Of a stretch of DNA of 32,000 nt, positions 1-8,207 are shown one piece after another (positions within the stretch are counted from its first letter, which is position 1; every line of letters begins with the position of its first letter). The stretch comes from Pseudoalteromonas translucida KMM 520. Its GTDB lineage: Bacteria; Pseudomonadota; Gammaproteobacteria; Enterobacterales; Alteromonadaceae. The notes below the pieces were generated by a model. It searched no databases. It was given only the letters and a program-made list of their open reading frames with translations, and was not told the DNA's origin. Location of the stretch: the NCBI RefSeq assembly GCF_001465295.1, contig NZ_CP011034.1, positions 3,000,001-3,032,000 on the forward strand, in the 5' to 3' direction. Made by a program: the position numbers and the translations under genes.

Positions 1-125
1 GTATTTAAGTACTAATTAGCAATGTTAACCGTGTTTTTTCAGGGAATCGTCACAAAATATCGAGCTAGTGCTTTTTTTGTTGTACAATCTGCGCCGTTCA
101 CACATAAAAATTGGCTCGGAGATCA

Positions 126-1097
126 ATGGATATAAAAGCTATCCAGGCGTTAATCGAAAACGATATGAATGACGTCAATCAACTTATACATGCGCAAATG
201 CGCTCAGATGTGGCGTTAGTTAACCAACTTGGTTTGTATATTGTAAACAGTGGCGGCAAGCGCGTGCGCCCAATGTTGGCAATACTAGCAGCCAGAGCAC
301 TGGGTTATCAGGGTAAAGAGCATATTACACTTGCAACTATTGTTGAGTTTATTCATACCGCAACACTACTACATGATGATGTTGTTGATGAATCTAACTT
401 ACGCCGAGGCACGCCTACAGCAAATGCTGAGTTTGGTAATGCTGCCAGCGTATTAGTAGGCGACTTTATTTACACTCGTTCATTTCAGCTTATGGTTGGC
501 CTTGGTAAAATGCAGGTAATGCAAGTGCTTGCAGATGCAACTAACATTATTGCTGAAGGTGAAGTATTACAGTTAATGAACTGTAATGACCCCGATACCA
601 CTGAAGCCAGCTATATGCAGGTTATTTACTCTAAAACCGCTAAGCTATTTGAAGCCGCTACAGGCCTTGCTGCCATTATTACTGAGCAAAACCAAGCCAC
701 GCTTGATGCGCTTAACCTATACGGCATGCATTTAGGTACTGCGTTTCAGCTCGTTGATGACGTACTTGATTACAACGCAGATGCTGATCAATTAGGTAAA
801 AATATTGGTGATGATTTAGCCGAAGGTAAACCAACGCTGCCGCTTATTTATGCAATGCAACATGGTAATGAGCAGCAAACACAGCTGATCCGTGACGCTA
901 TAGAGCACAGTAATGGCATGGATCATCTTGAAGAGATTTTAGCGGCACTTAAACAAACGAATGCACTTGAATTTACGATGCAAAAGGCCGAACTTGAAGC
1001 CGACAAAGCCATTGCTTGCTTAGACTTTTTAGCTGAGTCTGAATATAAACAAGCACTTGTGAGCCTTGCCCGTATTGCAGTTGATCGCGATCACTAA
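126..1097 (+). CDS. ispB: octaprenyl-diphosphate synthase (long-chain trans-prenyl diphosphate synthase)
   Basis: ORF 111..1097. Both Asp-rich prenyltransferase motifs are present (LLHDDVVDE and FQLVDDVLDY). It is colinear by eye with E. coli IspB (323 aa). The ATG at 126 follows GGAG (118-121) and gives 323 aa, so it is preferred over the TTG at 111. Confidence 0.9.
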   Translation: MDIKAIQALIENDMNDVNQLIHAQMRSDVALVNQLGLYIVNSGGKRVRPMLAILAARALGYQGKEHITLATIVEFIHTATLLHDDVVDESNLRRGTPTANAEFGNAASVLVGDFIYTRSFQLMVGLGKMQVMQVLADATNIIAEGEVLQLMNCNDPDTTEASYMQVIYSKTAKLFEAATGLAAIITEQNQATLDALNLYGMHLGTAFQLVDDVLDYNADADQLGKNIGDDLAEGKPTLPLIYAMQHGNEQQTQLIRDAIEHSNGMDHLEEILAALKQTNALEFTMQKAELEADKAIACLDFLAESEYKQALVSLARIAVDRDH

Positions 1098-1154
1098 CTT
1101 TACTGTCTTTATGTGTAGCTAACCTGGATGCAGGTTAATTAAATTCCGAGCAAT

Positions 1155-1182
1155 AAAAAAGCCTGCAAACGCAGGCTTTTTT
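1155..1182. terminator. bidirectional intrinsic terminator shared by convergent ispB and mdh
   Basis: Stem GCCTGC (1161-1166), loop AAAC, stem GCAGGC (1171-1176). It is flanked by an A-run (1155-1160) and a T-run (1177-1182), so it reads as hairpin plus U-tract on both strands. Confidence 0.8.
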
Positions 1183-1200
1183 GTCACTTGATTTTGGCTA

Positions 1201-2133
1201 TTACGCCATGAAATCAACACCTTCTTTGATGTCTTTTTTCAGTGTTTCAAGCATGTCATTTTTTGCTTTTGTTTCAAATGCGCTTAGTTCGCCGTAAGAA
1301 AGAATTTCTTCTACGCCGTTTTTACCTAAACGTACTGGGTGTGCAAAGTACTCTGCATCGCCATTTTCAACAGCAACGTATGCGTAATCTACAACGTCTT
1401 CACCCTGTAGGCCTTTAACTAAAGACATACAAAAACGAGCTGCAGCTGCACCCATTGATAAAGTAGCTGAACCGCCACCCGCTTTAGCATTTACAACTTC
1501 AGTACCCGCATTTTGGATACGTGGAGTAAGTGCTGCAACTTCCTCATCAGTAAAGCTCACGCCTTCAACTTGAGAAAGTAGTGGTAAAATAGTAGTACCT
1601 GAGTGGCCACCAATTACAGGAACTTTAACAGTTGCTACGTCTACGCCTTTAAGTTCAGCAACAAATGCTTCTGAACGAATAACGTCAAGCGTAGTAATAC
1701 CAAATACGCGTTTAGCGTCGTAAGTACCTGCTTTTTTAAATACTTCAGCAACAATTGGTACCGTGCCGTTTACTGGGTTAGTAATAATACCTACTAACGC
1801 TTTAGGACAACTTGCAACTATGCCTTCTGCTAACGTTTTGATGATACCAGCATTTACATTAAATAAATCTGCACGATCCATACCTGGCTTACGTGGCATG
1901 CCAGCAGGAATAAGTACGATATCAGCATCTTTAAGCGCTTCATTTAACGCATCAGCGCCAAAGCCAGCTACTTTAACCGCTGTAGGGATATGAGATAGAT
2001 CAACCGCAACACCTGGAACTACTGGTGCAACATCATATAGTGATAATTCAGAACCAGCTGGTAAGCCTGTTTTTAATAATAAAGACAACGCTTGACCGAT
2101 ACCGCCTGCAGCACCTAATACAGCAACTTTCAT
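1201..2133 (-). CDS. mdh: malate dehydrogenase (NAD-dependent, E. coli type)
   Basis: 310 aa. N-terminus [21 protein letters not shown] (Rossmann GxGxxG), then ITTLDVIRS and IGGHSG motifs. GGAGA Shine-Dalgarno upstream. Divergent from argR, as in E. coli. Confidence 0.95.
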   Translation of the reverse strand: MKVAVLGAAGGIGQALSLLLKTGLPAGSELSLYDVAPVVPGVAVDLSHIPTAVKVAGFGADALNEALKDADIVLIPAGMPRKPGMDRADLFNVNAGIIKTLAEGIVASCPKALVGIITNPVNGTVPIVAEVFKKAGTYDAKRVFGITTLDVIRSEAFVAELKGVDVATVKVPVIGGHSGTTILPLLSQVEGVSFTDEEVAALTPRIQNAGTEVVNAKAGGGSATLSMGAAAARFCMSLVKGLQGEDVVDYAYVAVENGDAEYFAHPVRLGKNGVEEILSYGELSAFETKAKNDMLETLKKDIKEGVDFMA

Positions 2134-2359
2134 TGGAATTCTCCGTGATTTGAGGTAGGAAATATTTATGGCTCTAAGATAAAGAAATTAGCGACTAAAA
2201 ACAAATTTATCCTGCCTATTTTCGTAATATTTTAGACCATAGTTGTAAAAACATTTGGCCTGAACACAGTAAACTGGCAAGTTAAATAAACAACTGCTGC
2301 ATAATTATTCGTTTTTGTGTAGAATTTGCGGCATGGATAATAAAAAGCAAATAAAAACT

Positions 2360-2827
2360 ATGCAACCACAAGACAAACAGGAAGCGTTAGTAAAAGCATT
2401 TAAAGCGCTTTTAAAAGAAGAGAACTTTGGCTCTCAAGGCGATATAGTAGATTCGTTAAAAGAGCAAGGTTTTGACAATATAAGCCAAAGCAAAGTGTCG
2501 CGCATGCTTAGTAAATTTGGCGCGGTACGAACGCGTAATGCCAAACAAGAAATGGTGTATTGCTTGCCTGCAGAAATGGGCGTACCCACAGCAAAAAGTC
2601 CGTTGCGTCAGCTTGTTATTGATATAATGCATAACGAAATGATGATTATTATCCGTACCAGTCCAGGCGCGGCTCAGCTCATTGCGCGTTTACTTGACTC
2701 ATTAGGTAAAGCCGATGGCGTGTTAGGTACTATAGCCGGCGACGACACTATTTTTATTGCCCCAGCTAAAATATCTGAAATAGACTTAACCCTAGAGCGG
2801 GTACGTATTTTATTTGATACGGTTTAG
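2360..2827 (+). CDS. argR: arginine repressor ArgR
   Basis: The ORF track starts at TTG 2315. From M16, [30 protein letters not shown] aligns residue-for-residue with the E. coli ArgR N-terminus, and [17 protein letters not shown] and [10 protein letters not shown] are conserved. Starting at 2360 gives 155 aa. The ATG at 2333 is an alternative start, and neither has a good SD. Confidence 0.85.
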   Translation: MQPQDKQEALVKAFKALLKEENFGSQGDIVDSLKEQGFDNISQSKVSRMLSKFGAVRTRNAKQEMVYCLPAEMGVPTAKSPLRQLVIDIMHNEMMIIIRTSPGAAQLIARLLDSLGKADGVLGTIAGDDTIFIAPAKISEIDLTLERVRILFDTV

Positions 2828-2843
2828 TATTTGAAAACACGCG

Positions 2844-3743
2844 TTATAACTGTTTTAAAAACCCAACTGACGGTGCAAAAAACGCAGACCCCATATCGGC
2901 TTGAGTAAAATCAAGCCAATGATCATAGCACTCCCCCTCACCTAAACGACTTTTTAATACCTGTTCAAATGCGGTTCCACTGGCCGAGCAAGTAATTGAC
3001 AACATTCCTTGCTCGTAAACATCGCCATAAGGCATGCCTTGATTAAGTAATATTGGTTGGCCTTGCTCATCTTGTAATTCACTGCGCTGTGCATGGCTGG
3101 TTTCAAGCGCTGGAGTTATAAGGGTGTTATCTAAGCGAGTGCGACCTATTATTTGCTCTTGTTCATCTAGCGATAGATGCTGCCATACGCTTAGATCGTG
3201 CTTATAACGTTGCACATGGATATAACTGCCTTGATCCTCAAAGCTACCAGGTTTATTTATTAACGCCGTTGCCCGCTTTTGTCGGCCATGCGGCATTTTT
3301 CCACCATAAATAAAGCCATTAAAATCGCGACCATCTAAAAATCTAAAATTACGAATTTGTTCCACCAACTCTACGTCTGGCGCAAATAACTTTAAAATTT
3401 GCAGCGCAAATAAATGATTAACGTCTTCGCGGTCTGAACGTATTTGCACAAACAAATCACACGGCTGCACGCTCATTGCGTGCTCATTATGATTTATATT
3501 AGGAAAGCTTTGTAGTTCACTGGGGATATACTCTGGCAAAATATGCGGCCAATATTGCGCACCAATAGCCACCATACAAGAAAGCATAGATTCAGAAAAC
3601 TGATCGCTAAACTCTTCCTCAATAGCGCTTACTTGCTTGAGTTTTGTACGTAATGACTCATCTTGGCCATCAAACACATTAAAAAATAAATGCAAACCGT
3701 GTAAGTTTGCTTCAGCACAAATCCCTGATTGCGCTTGTGCCAT
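2844..3743 (-). CDS. yfeX: cytoplasmic DyP-fold heme protein, YfeX-like (class B DyP family) with a non-canonical distal pocket
   Basis: 299 aa, the same length as E. coli YfeX. No signal peptide. N-terminus MAQAQSGI resembles YfeX MSQVQSGI. GSYIHVQRY, IIGRT and ETSH (proximal His) blocks are present. AAGGAA SD upstream. See findings for the GFIYG motif in place of GxxDG. Confidence 0.75.
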   Translation of the reverse strand: MAQAQSGICAEANLHGLHLFFNVFDGQDESLRTKLKQVSAIEEEFSDQFSESMLSCMVAIGAQYWPHILPEYIPSELQSFPNINHNEHAMSVQPCDLFVQIRSDREDVNHLFALQILKLFAPDVELVEQIRNFRFLDGRDFNGFIYGGKMPHGRQKRATALINKPGSFEDQGSYIHVQRYKHDLSVWQHLSLDEQEQIIGRTRLDNTLITPALETSHAQRSELQDEQGQPILLNQGMPYGDVYEQGMLSITCSASGTAFEQVLKSRLGEGECYDHWLDFTQADMGSAFFAPSVGFLKQL

Positions 3744-3793
3744 TGTTATTCCTTAGCTTATAAATAGATAAACACAGCGAATAACAAATTAAT

Positions 3794-4843
3794 TTATGAT
3801 TCGAAAAAATTCACCGTGTGGGGTTTTATTTTTATTATAACCTGCTCATTTTGAACAAATGACTGGCCATATTGCGCTGCAACTTCTATTTCTTGTTGTG
3901 CAATAACTACAGTGTAAACATAAGCCGAACCAATAAAACGACTGCTTAATATGGTGGCGCGTTCACTATGGCTATCTTTTTTACTGTCGCTCATTAGCTC
4001 TATTTGATGAGGACGCACATATATTTTTCCTATATTAGCCTGATGCTGGTGCGCAATAACCGACTCCACTAGGCCAAAAGCGGTTTTATATTCAGTTGCT
4101 GTTAACACTTCTGCGCTTAAGTATATGCCCTGACCCAGAAACTCTGCAACCTCCTTTGAGCTTGGTTTAGCAAAAAGCTGTTCTGGGGTGCCCTGCTGAG
4201 CTATTTTACCCTGATGCATAATAGCCAGTGTATCTGCAAATGCAAAAGCCTCTTCCTTTGAGTGGGTAACAAATACCGCCGACACTTGTTGGGTTTTAAT
4301 TATGCGGCGAATATCGGCAATTAATTCAAAGCGTACTTGAGTGTCTATATTCGAAAACGGCTCATCAAGTAATAGTAAACTTGGTTTGTAAGCAAGTGCA
4401 CGTGCAATCGCCACGCGCTGTTGTTGTCCACCCGATAACTGATGCGGATACCTGTCGGCGCAGCCAACTAAATGTACCAGCTTAAGCATTTCATCAACGC
4501 GCTGTTGCTTTTGCTCTTTACTCATTTTACTTAAGCCAAAAGCAATATTATGTGCCACGGTTAAATGTGGAAATAACGCATAATCTTGAAACATCATGCC
4601 AATATTACGATGCTCTGGCGAGATAAATGTATTGGCGTTACTTACCAGCTTGCCATCGATAAACACGCTTCCTTGTTGCGTTTCTATTAGCCCTGCAATT
4701 GCTTTTAGGGTGGTGGTTTTACCACAACCACTGGCACCTAACAAACACACTATTTCGTTTTTACCTATGGTTAAATTTAGCTCGTGAATAACCTTAGTAC
4801 CGTTATATTGATAGCTCACGCCTTGTAAAATCAAACTACTCAT
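3794..4843 (-). CDS. fbpC: ferric-iron ABC importer ATP-binding protein (FbpC/AfuC type, C-terminal TOBE-like extension)
   Basis: Walker A GASGCGKTT, signature LSGGQQQRVAIARAL, Walker B LLLLDEPFS, H-loop VTHS. At 349 aa it is too long for ThiQ-type ATPases. Its start abuts the fbpB stop (4843/4844). Confidence 0.85.
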   Translation of the reverse strand: MSSLILQGVSYQYNGTKVIHELNLTIGKNEIVCLLGASGCGKTTTLKAIAGLIETQQGSVFIDGKLVSNANTFISPEHRNIGMMFQDYALFPHLTVAHNIAFGLSKMSKEQKQQRVDEMLKLVHLVGCADRYPHQLSGGQQQRVAIARALAYKPSLLLLDEPFSNIDTQVRFELIADIRRIIKTQQVSAVFVTHSKEEAFAFADTLAIMHQGKIAQQGTPEQLFAKPSSKEVAEFLGQGIYLSAEVLTATEYKTAFGLVESVIAHQHQANIGKIYVRPHQIELMSDSKKDSHSERATILSSRFIGSAYVYTVVIAQQEIEVAAQYGQSFVQNEQVIIKIKPHTVNFFES

Positions 4844-6475
4844 TTAACTACGTTGCTCCATAGAACGGTTAATAAAATACAGGGGGATAAATCCAACCAG
4901 CACAATAAATAATGCCGATATAGAAGCCAGCTCTAACTGCTCATCGCTCACATACTGAAACACATGTGTAGCTAAGCTTTCAAAATTAAACGGCCTAAGT
5001 AACAAAGCCGTAGGTAGCTCTTTCATGCATTCAATAAACACCAGCAAAGCCGCAGTAAGCAACCCGCGTCTAAGTAAAGGCAAATGCACCAAACGTAACG
5101 TATGGCCTTGGCTTTTGCCCATAGATTGGCTTGCCATGTCGAGGGAGGGGCTAATGCGTAAAAAACTCGACTCAATCGCGCCATGTGCTACTGCGTAAAA
5201 ACGCACTACATAAGCAAAAATAATGGTAAATACACTGCCCGTGAGTAACAGGCCTATATCTAAATCATACGGATCAAGCACACTGTTTACCGTGTTTTCT
5301 AACAGCGTAAGCGGTAATAGCACCGCAATAGCCAGTACTGTTCCTGGTAAAGCGTAGCCGGTGCTGGCTAATCGCCCCGGAAGAAGCGGATAGCTTTGCT
5401 TGGCTATACGCTGATAAAACACCACTAATATACTAAGTAACAGCGTTACTACGCTTACTACTATAGCTACCTTTAAACTTTGCCACGCATAGCTAAAAAA
5501 CTCACTACTCCATGCTTGATCAAAATAAACAATGGCGTACTTTATTAACACAGCAATAGGGATAACAAAGGCAACAATTAAAATTACACTGCAAAATAGC
5601 GTTGCCAGCCAAGCCGACTTGCCTTTTAATATGTAAAGCGCTTCACTATTTATACCCGACTGGCGCTCAAACACCGCTTGATTACGGCGGCTAAAACGCT
5701 CTGCCATTAAGGCTAAAAATAATAACAGTAACATCACGCCCGATATTTTAGCCGCGGCGGTTAACGAGTAATAACCAAACCACGTATCGTATACGGCAGT
5801 GGTTAAGGTGCTTACAGCAAAGTAGCTTACTGTGGCAAAGTCAGCCATGGTTTCCATACTAATTAGCGCTAGCGCAGCTACAATTGCGCCGCGCGATAAC
5901 ACTAAGCTAACCCTAAAAAAGCTCTGCCACGACGACAGCCCCATTAGCTGACTAGCCTGCACTAATTTAAAAGACTGCTCACGCAAGGCTGTTTTAAAAA
6001 TTAAATATAAATAGGGATAAAGCACCAGTGCAAGCATTACAATAGCGCCGGGCAAAGTACGTATATCAAAAAACCAGTAATCATCAGGCGATTGCCACCC
6101 AAACCAGTCTCTGAGAGTATTTTGTACTGGGCCTGCGTAATCAAGCAAGTCGGTATAAACATAAGCAATAATGTAGGTAGGCATAGCCAGTGGCAGCATT
6201 AACGCCCATTCAAACTGTTTTTTACCAGGAAAACTACAATAAGCGGTTAGCCAGCCAAGCGGTAAGGCAATAGCACAGCTTAGTACACACACACCTAAAA
6301 TGAGTAATACGGTATTAGAAATGTAATCCCACAGCACTGTATTCCAAAGATGCGAAAACACCTCAGAGTTACCTTGTAGAGATTCAAATAGCAGAAAAAA
6401 CAATGGGGTCGACAGTAATAATCCCGTCGACCATGCAAAAAGCTGCCATTTAGACAGCTGAAATTTATAAGTCAT
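4844..6475 (-). CDS. fbpB: ferric-iron ABC importer permease (duplicated two-module FbpB/AfuB type)
   Basis: 543 aa, highly hydrophobic, with two tandem permease modules of roughly 6 TM each. It abuts fbpA and fbpC with no spacer. Confidence 0.8.
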   Translation of the reverse strand: MTYKFQLSKWQLFAWSTGLLLSTPLFFLLFESLQGNSEVFSHLWNTVLWDYISNTVLLILGVCVLSCAIALPLGWLTAYCSFPGKKQFEWALMLPLAMPTYIIAYVYTDLLDYAGPVQNTLRDWFGWQSPDDYWFFDIRTLPGAIVMLALVLYPYLYLIFKTALREQSFKLVQASQLMGLSSWQSFFRVSLVLSRGAIVAALALISMETMADFATVSYFAVSTLTTAVYDTWFGYYSLTAAAKISGVMLLLLFLALMAERFSRRNQAVFERQSGINSEALYILKGKSAWLATLFCSVILIVAFVIPIAVLIKYAIVYFDQAWSSEFFSYAWQSLKVAIVVSVVTLLLSILVVFYQRIAKQSYPLLPGRLASTGYALPGTVLAIAVLLPLTLLENTVNSVLDPYDLDIGLLLTGSVFTIIFAYVVRFYAVAHGAIESSFLRISPSLDMASQSMGKSQGHTLRLVHLPLLRRGLLTAALLVFIECMKELPTALLLRPFNFESLATHVFQYVSDEQLELASISALFIVLVGFIPLYFINRSMEQRS

Positions 6476-7480
6476 TTAAAGATCGAATTTCACCTCATCA
6501 ATTAGCCTTAACGCTAACGGACGATATTTACTAATTTCATCAAGTGGTAAGCTATCTTCTTTAAAGCTTCCCCAAGATGCAACTAAATTTGATAATTCTA
6601 CGCCTGGCTTAACCGGGTATTCCATATTAATTGAAGCGTACATGTTTTGTGCTTTATTGTCGGTCATATACTCTAGGAGTTTCAAGGCATTTTCAGGGTT
6701 TTTAGCGTATTTTGTAATAACTGCACCCGACACATTTATATGTGAGCCGCGATTAATTTGGTTCGGAAAATTAATATTTACCGCTTCTGCCCATTCTTTT
6801 TGGGTTTCATCTTGCAGCATTTTACCTAAGTAGTAACTATTGCCAAATGCAAGGTCGCACAAACCTTCTTTCACTGCTTTTACTTGCGCCCTATCGTTAC
6901 CTTGTGGTTTACGCGCTAAATTTGCTTTAACCCCCTCAAGCCATGCTTTGGTATCTGCTTCACCATGGTGTGCAATCATGGATGCAACTAAGCCTAAGTT
7001 ATACGGGTGTTTACCAGAGCGAGTACATATTTGCCCTTTATATTTTGGATCGGCCAAATCTTCATAAGTCAGCTCAGGTAGTGCGCCCACACGCTCTTTT
7101 GACGAGTAAACATTACGCACTCGCTTAGTAAGTGCTACCCACTGCCCATCGCCATCACGAAATGCCGCAGGCACGTTGTTATTAATTGCTTCGCTACTAA
7201 TAGTTTGCGTTAAATCTAAATCTTCAAGTTGAATTAAGGCGCTAAAATTAGACGTTAACACTAAATCGGCTTTGCTGTGCTTACCTTCGCGTTTAACGCG
7301 CTCTATTAAACCTTTATTGGCAAACACTACATTTGTTTTAATACCAGTTTGCTTAGTAAAATCATCTAAAATTGGTTTTATTAAAAAAGGCTGTCGAAAA
7401 GAATAAATATTAACGGTCTCAGTTGCAAAAACGGGTGCCGACACGGCCAAACCAACTACAATTGCGAATACTTTTTTCAT
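6476..7480 (-). CDS. fbpA: periplasmic ferric-iron binding protein (FbpA/AfuA family)
   Basis: The ORF track begins at 7510. MKKVFAIVVGLAVSAPVFA|TE, starting at ATG 7480, is a clean Sec signal peptide preceded by GGTGGGAAAT. The adjacent Tyr-Tyr pair (GNSYYLG) is typical of ferric-binding SBPs. Confidence 0.8.
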   Translation of the reverse strand: MKKVFAIVVGLAVSAPVFATETVNIYSFRQPFLIKPILDDFTKQTGIKTNVVFANKGLIERVKREGKHSKADLVLTSNFSALIQLEDLDLTQTISSEAINNNVPAAFRDGDGQWVALTKRVRNVYSSKERVGALPELTYEDLADPKYKGQICTRSGKHPYNLGLVASMIAHHGEADTKAWLEGVKANLARKPQGNDRAQVKAVKEGLCDLAFGNSYYLGKMLQDETQKEWAEAVNINFPNQINRGSHINVSGAVITKYAKNPENALKLLEYMTDNKAQNMYASINMEYPVKPGVELSNLVASWGSFKEDSLPLDEISKYRPLALRLIDEVKFDL

Positions 7481-7489
7481 ATTTCCCAC

Positions 7490-7508
7490 CTGAATAATAA
7501 CTATTATC
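7490..7508 (-). promoter_or_regulatory. candidate Fur box overlapping the fbpA promoter/5' leader
   Basis: The plus strand reads CTGAATAATAACTATTATC. That is about 13/19 by hand against GATAATGATAATCATTATC, and the site is AT-palindromic. It lies immediately downstream of a TAGAAT -10-like hexamer (minus strand, 7518->7513) and 10 nt upstream of the fbpA ATG. Confidence 0.4.
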
Positions 7509-7588
7509 AATAATTCTACCGTGCCTTACTCAAAAGTGCACACTTTATATAATCTGATCTAGTTAAAATCGCTAAAATAGAAACCCCG

Positions 7589-7606
7589 CGTAAGACATAT
7601 CTTACA
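7589..7606 (+). promoter_or_regulatory. GacA/UvrY-type upstream activating palindrome (TGTAAG-N6-CTTACA class)
   Basis: CGTAAGacatatCTTACA is a perfect GTAAG-N6-CTTAC inverted repeat with one mismatch to the published 18-nt box. It lies about 150 bp upstream of the TATAAT at 7752. Confidence 0.6.
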
Positions 7607-7751
7607 AACGTGACAGCTAATGATGAAAACACAACATGAAAAACCATGATAAATACAGTAACCATTTGTTTTATTTAAAGTAAATAACTTTAACCATTGC
7701 GACTATATCAATTAATTAGCAAGCTATACTTCTTTAAAATATCGTACTGCC

Positions 7752-7757
7752 TATAAT
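7752..7757 (+). promoter_or_regulatory. -10 hexamer of the sRNA promoter
   Basis: Perfect TATAAT. No convincing -35 at 17 bp (CTTCTT), which is typical of activator-dependent promoters. Predicted TSS is about 7764. Confidence 0.45.
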
Positions 7758-7763
7758 TAACTT

Positions 7764-8127
7764 AACAACCAAGCAGTGATGCTTAACGAGTAAATGGAAA
7801 CGGACAAGTTACTCGACCAACCAATGATTTAGGTTACTAATACAAAACGGATTTTAGGACAGGCTCTAGGAGAGCAACACAATGGAATGTCTTAAAGGAT
7901 AGCATCAGGATGATGCGTAAAGGATAGCAACAAAGGATTTACGTTGTTTTACAGGATGTTTAGGAAATAAAGGATACAGGCAGGAGCGCCTACATTACAT
8001 AGAACTAAAAAGTAATATTGTAATAACAAGGATTAGTAAGAATTTGGAGTTGATTAAGTTCAATTGCAGGATGCAGAAAATTAGAAGATTCCGCAAGCGC
8101 GCCTAGAGATAGAGCGCGCTTTTCTTT
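7764..8127 (+). ncRNA. csrB: CsrB/RsmY/RsmZ-class CsrA(RsmA)-sequestering sRNA (5' end approximate)
   Basis: No ORF of 60 aa or more on either strand across 7510-8207. There are 17 GGA trinucleotides between 7796 and 8071, mostly as AAGGAT (x5) or CAGGATG (x3). TACAGGATGT (7950-7959) matches the CsrA SELEX core ACARGGAUGU. GCAUC-AGGAU-GAUGC (7902-7916) is a 5-bp hairpin presenting GGA in its loop. The RNA ends in a GC-rich terminator and has an upstream GacA-type box. Confidence 0.75.
8095..8127 (+). terminator. intrinsic terminator of the CsrB-like sRNA
   Basis: An 8-bp stem, AAGCGCGC (8095-8102) pairing with GCGCGCTT (8114-8121), with an 11-nt loop, followed by TTCTTTG. The minus-strand reading has no U-tract, which fixes the orientation as plus. 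Confidence 0.8.
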
Positions 8128-8207
8128 GCCTAAAATAAATTACTCAATGTCTTAGTACAGTGCCTTAAAGTGGTTTTACTGCAAGCCACCAAGAGCATAT
8201 AAGCAGT

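Noticed and set aside
83-88. TACAAT hexamer upstream of ispB as a possible promoter.
   Set aside because: There is no matching -35 and the TG is mis-spaced for an extended -10. The window also starts too close to judge the full promoter region.
2296-2313. ARG-box-like palindrome GCTGCATAATTATTCGTT just upstream of argR, a possible autoregulation site.
   Set aside because: It is a single box with about 3 mismatches to WNTGAATWWWWATTCANW. I could not find the expected tandem partner 3 bp away on either side, and AT-rich palindromes are common here. It is plausible but not supportable as a feature without a PWM scan.
2804-2821. Weak hairpin CGTAT-N8-ATACG at the argR 3' end, in the 16-bp convergent argR/yfeX-like junction.
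   Set aside because: The stem is only 5 AU-rich base pairs, so I am not confident it terminates transcription. The convergent genes may simply lack a discrete terminator.
7481-7510. N-terminal extensions proposed by the ORF track: fbpA to 7510, iscU to 13501, hscB to 12621, ispB from 111, argR from 2315, FGE-like gene to 29096.
   Set aside because: Several extensions begin at TTG codons and lack an SD. They would bury signal peptides (fbpA, FGE-like gene) or overlap the upstream gene (iscU into iscS). Internal ATGs give lengths and N-termini matching the E. coli homologues.
7620-7649. Tiny ORF MMKTQHEKP in the fbpA-sRNA gap.
   Set aside because: It is nine codons with no SD and lies between the GacA-type box and the sRNA promoter. 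It is most likely chance.
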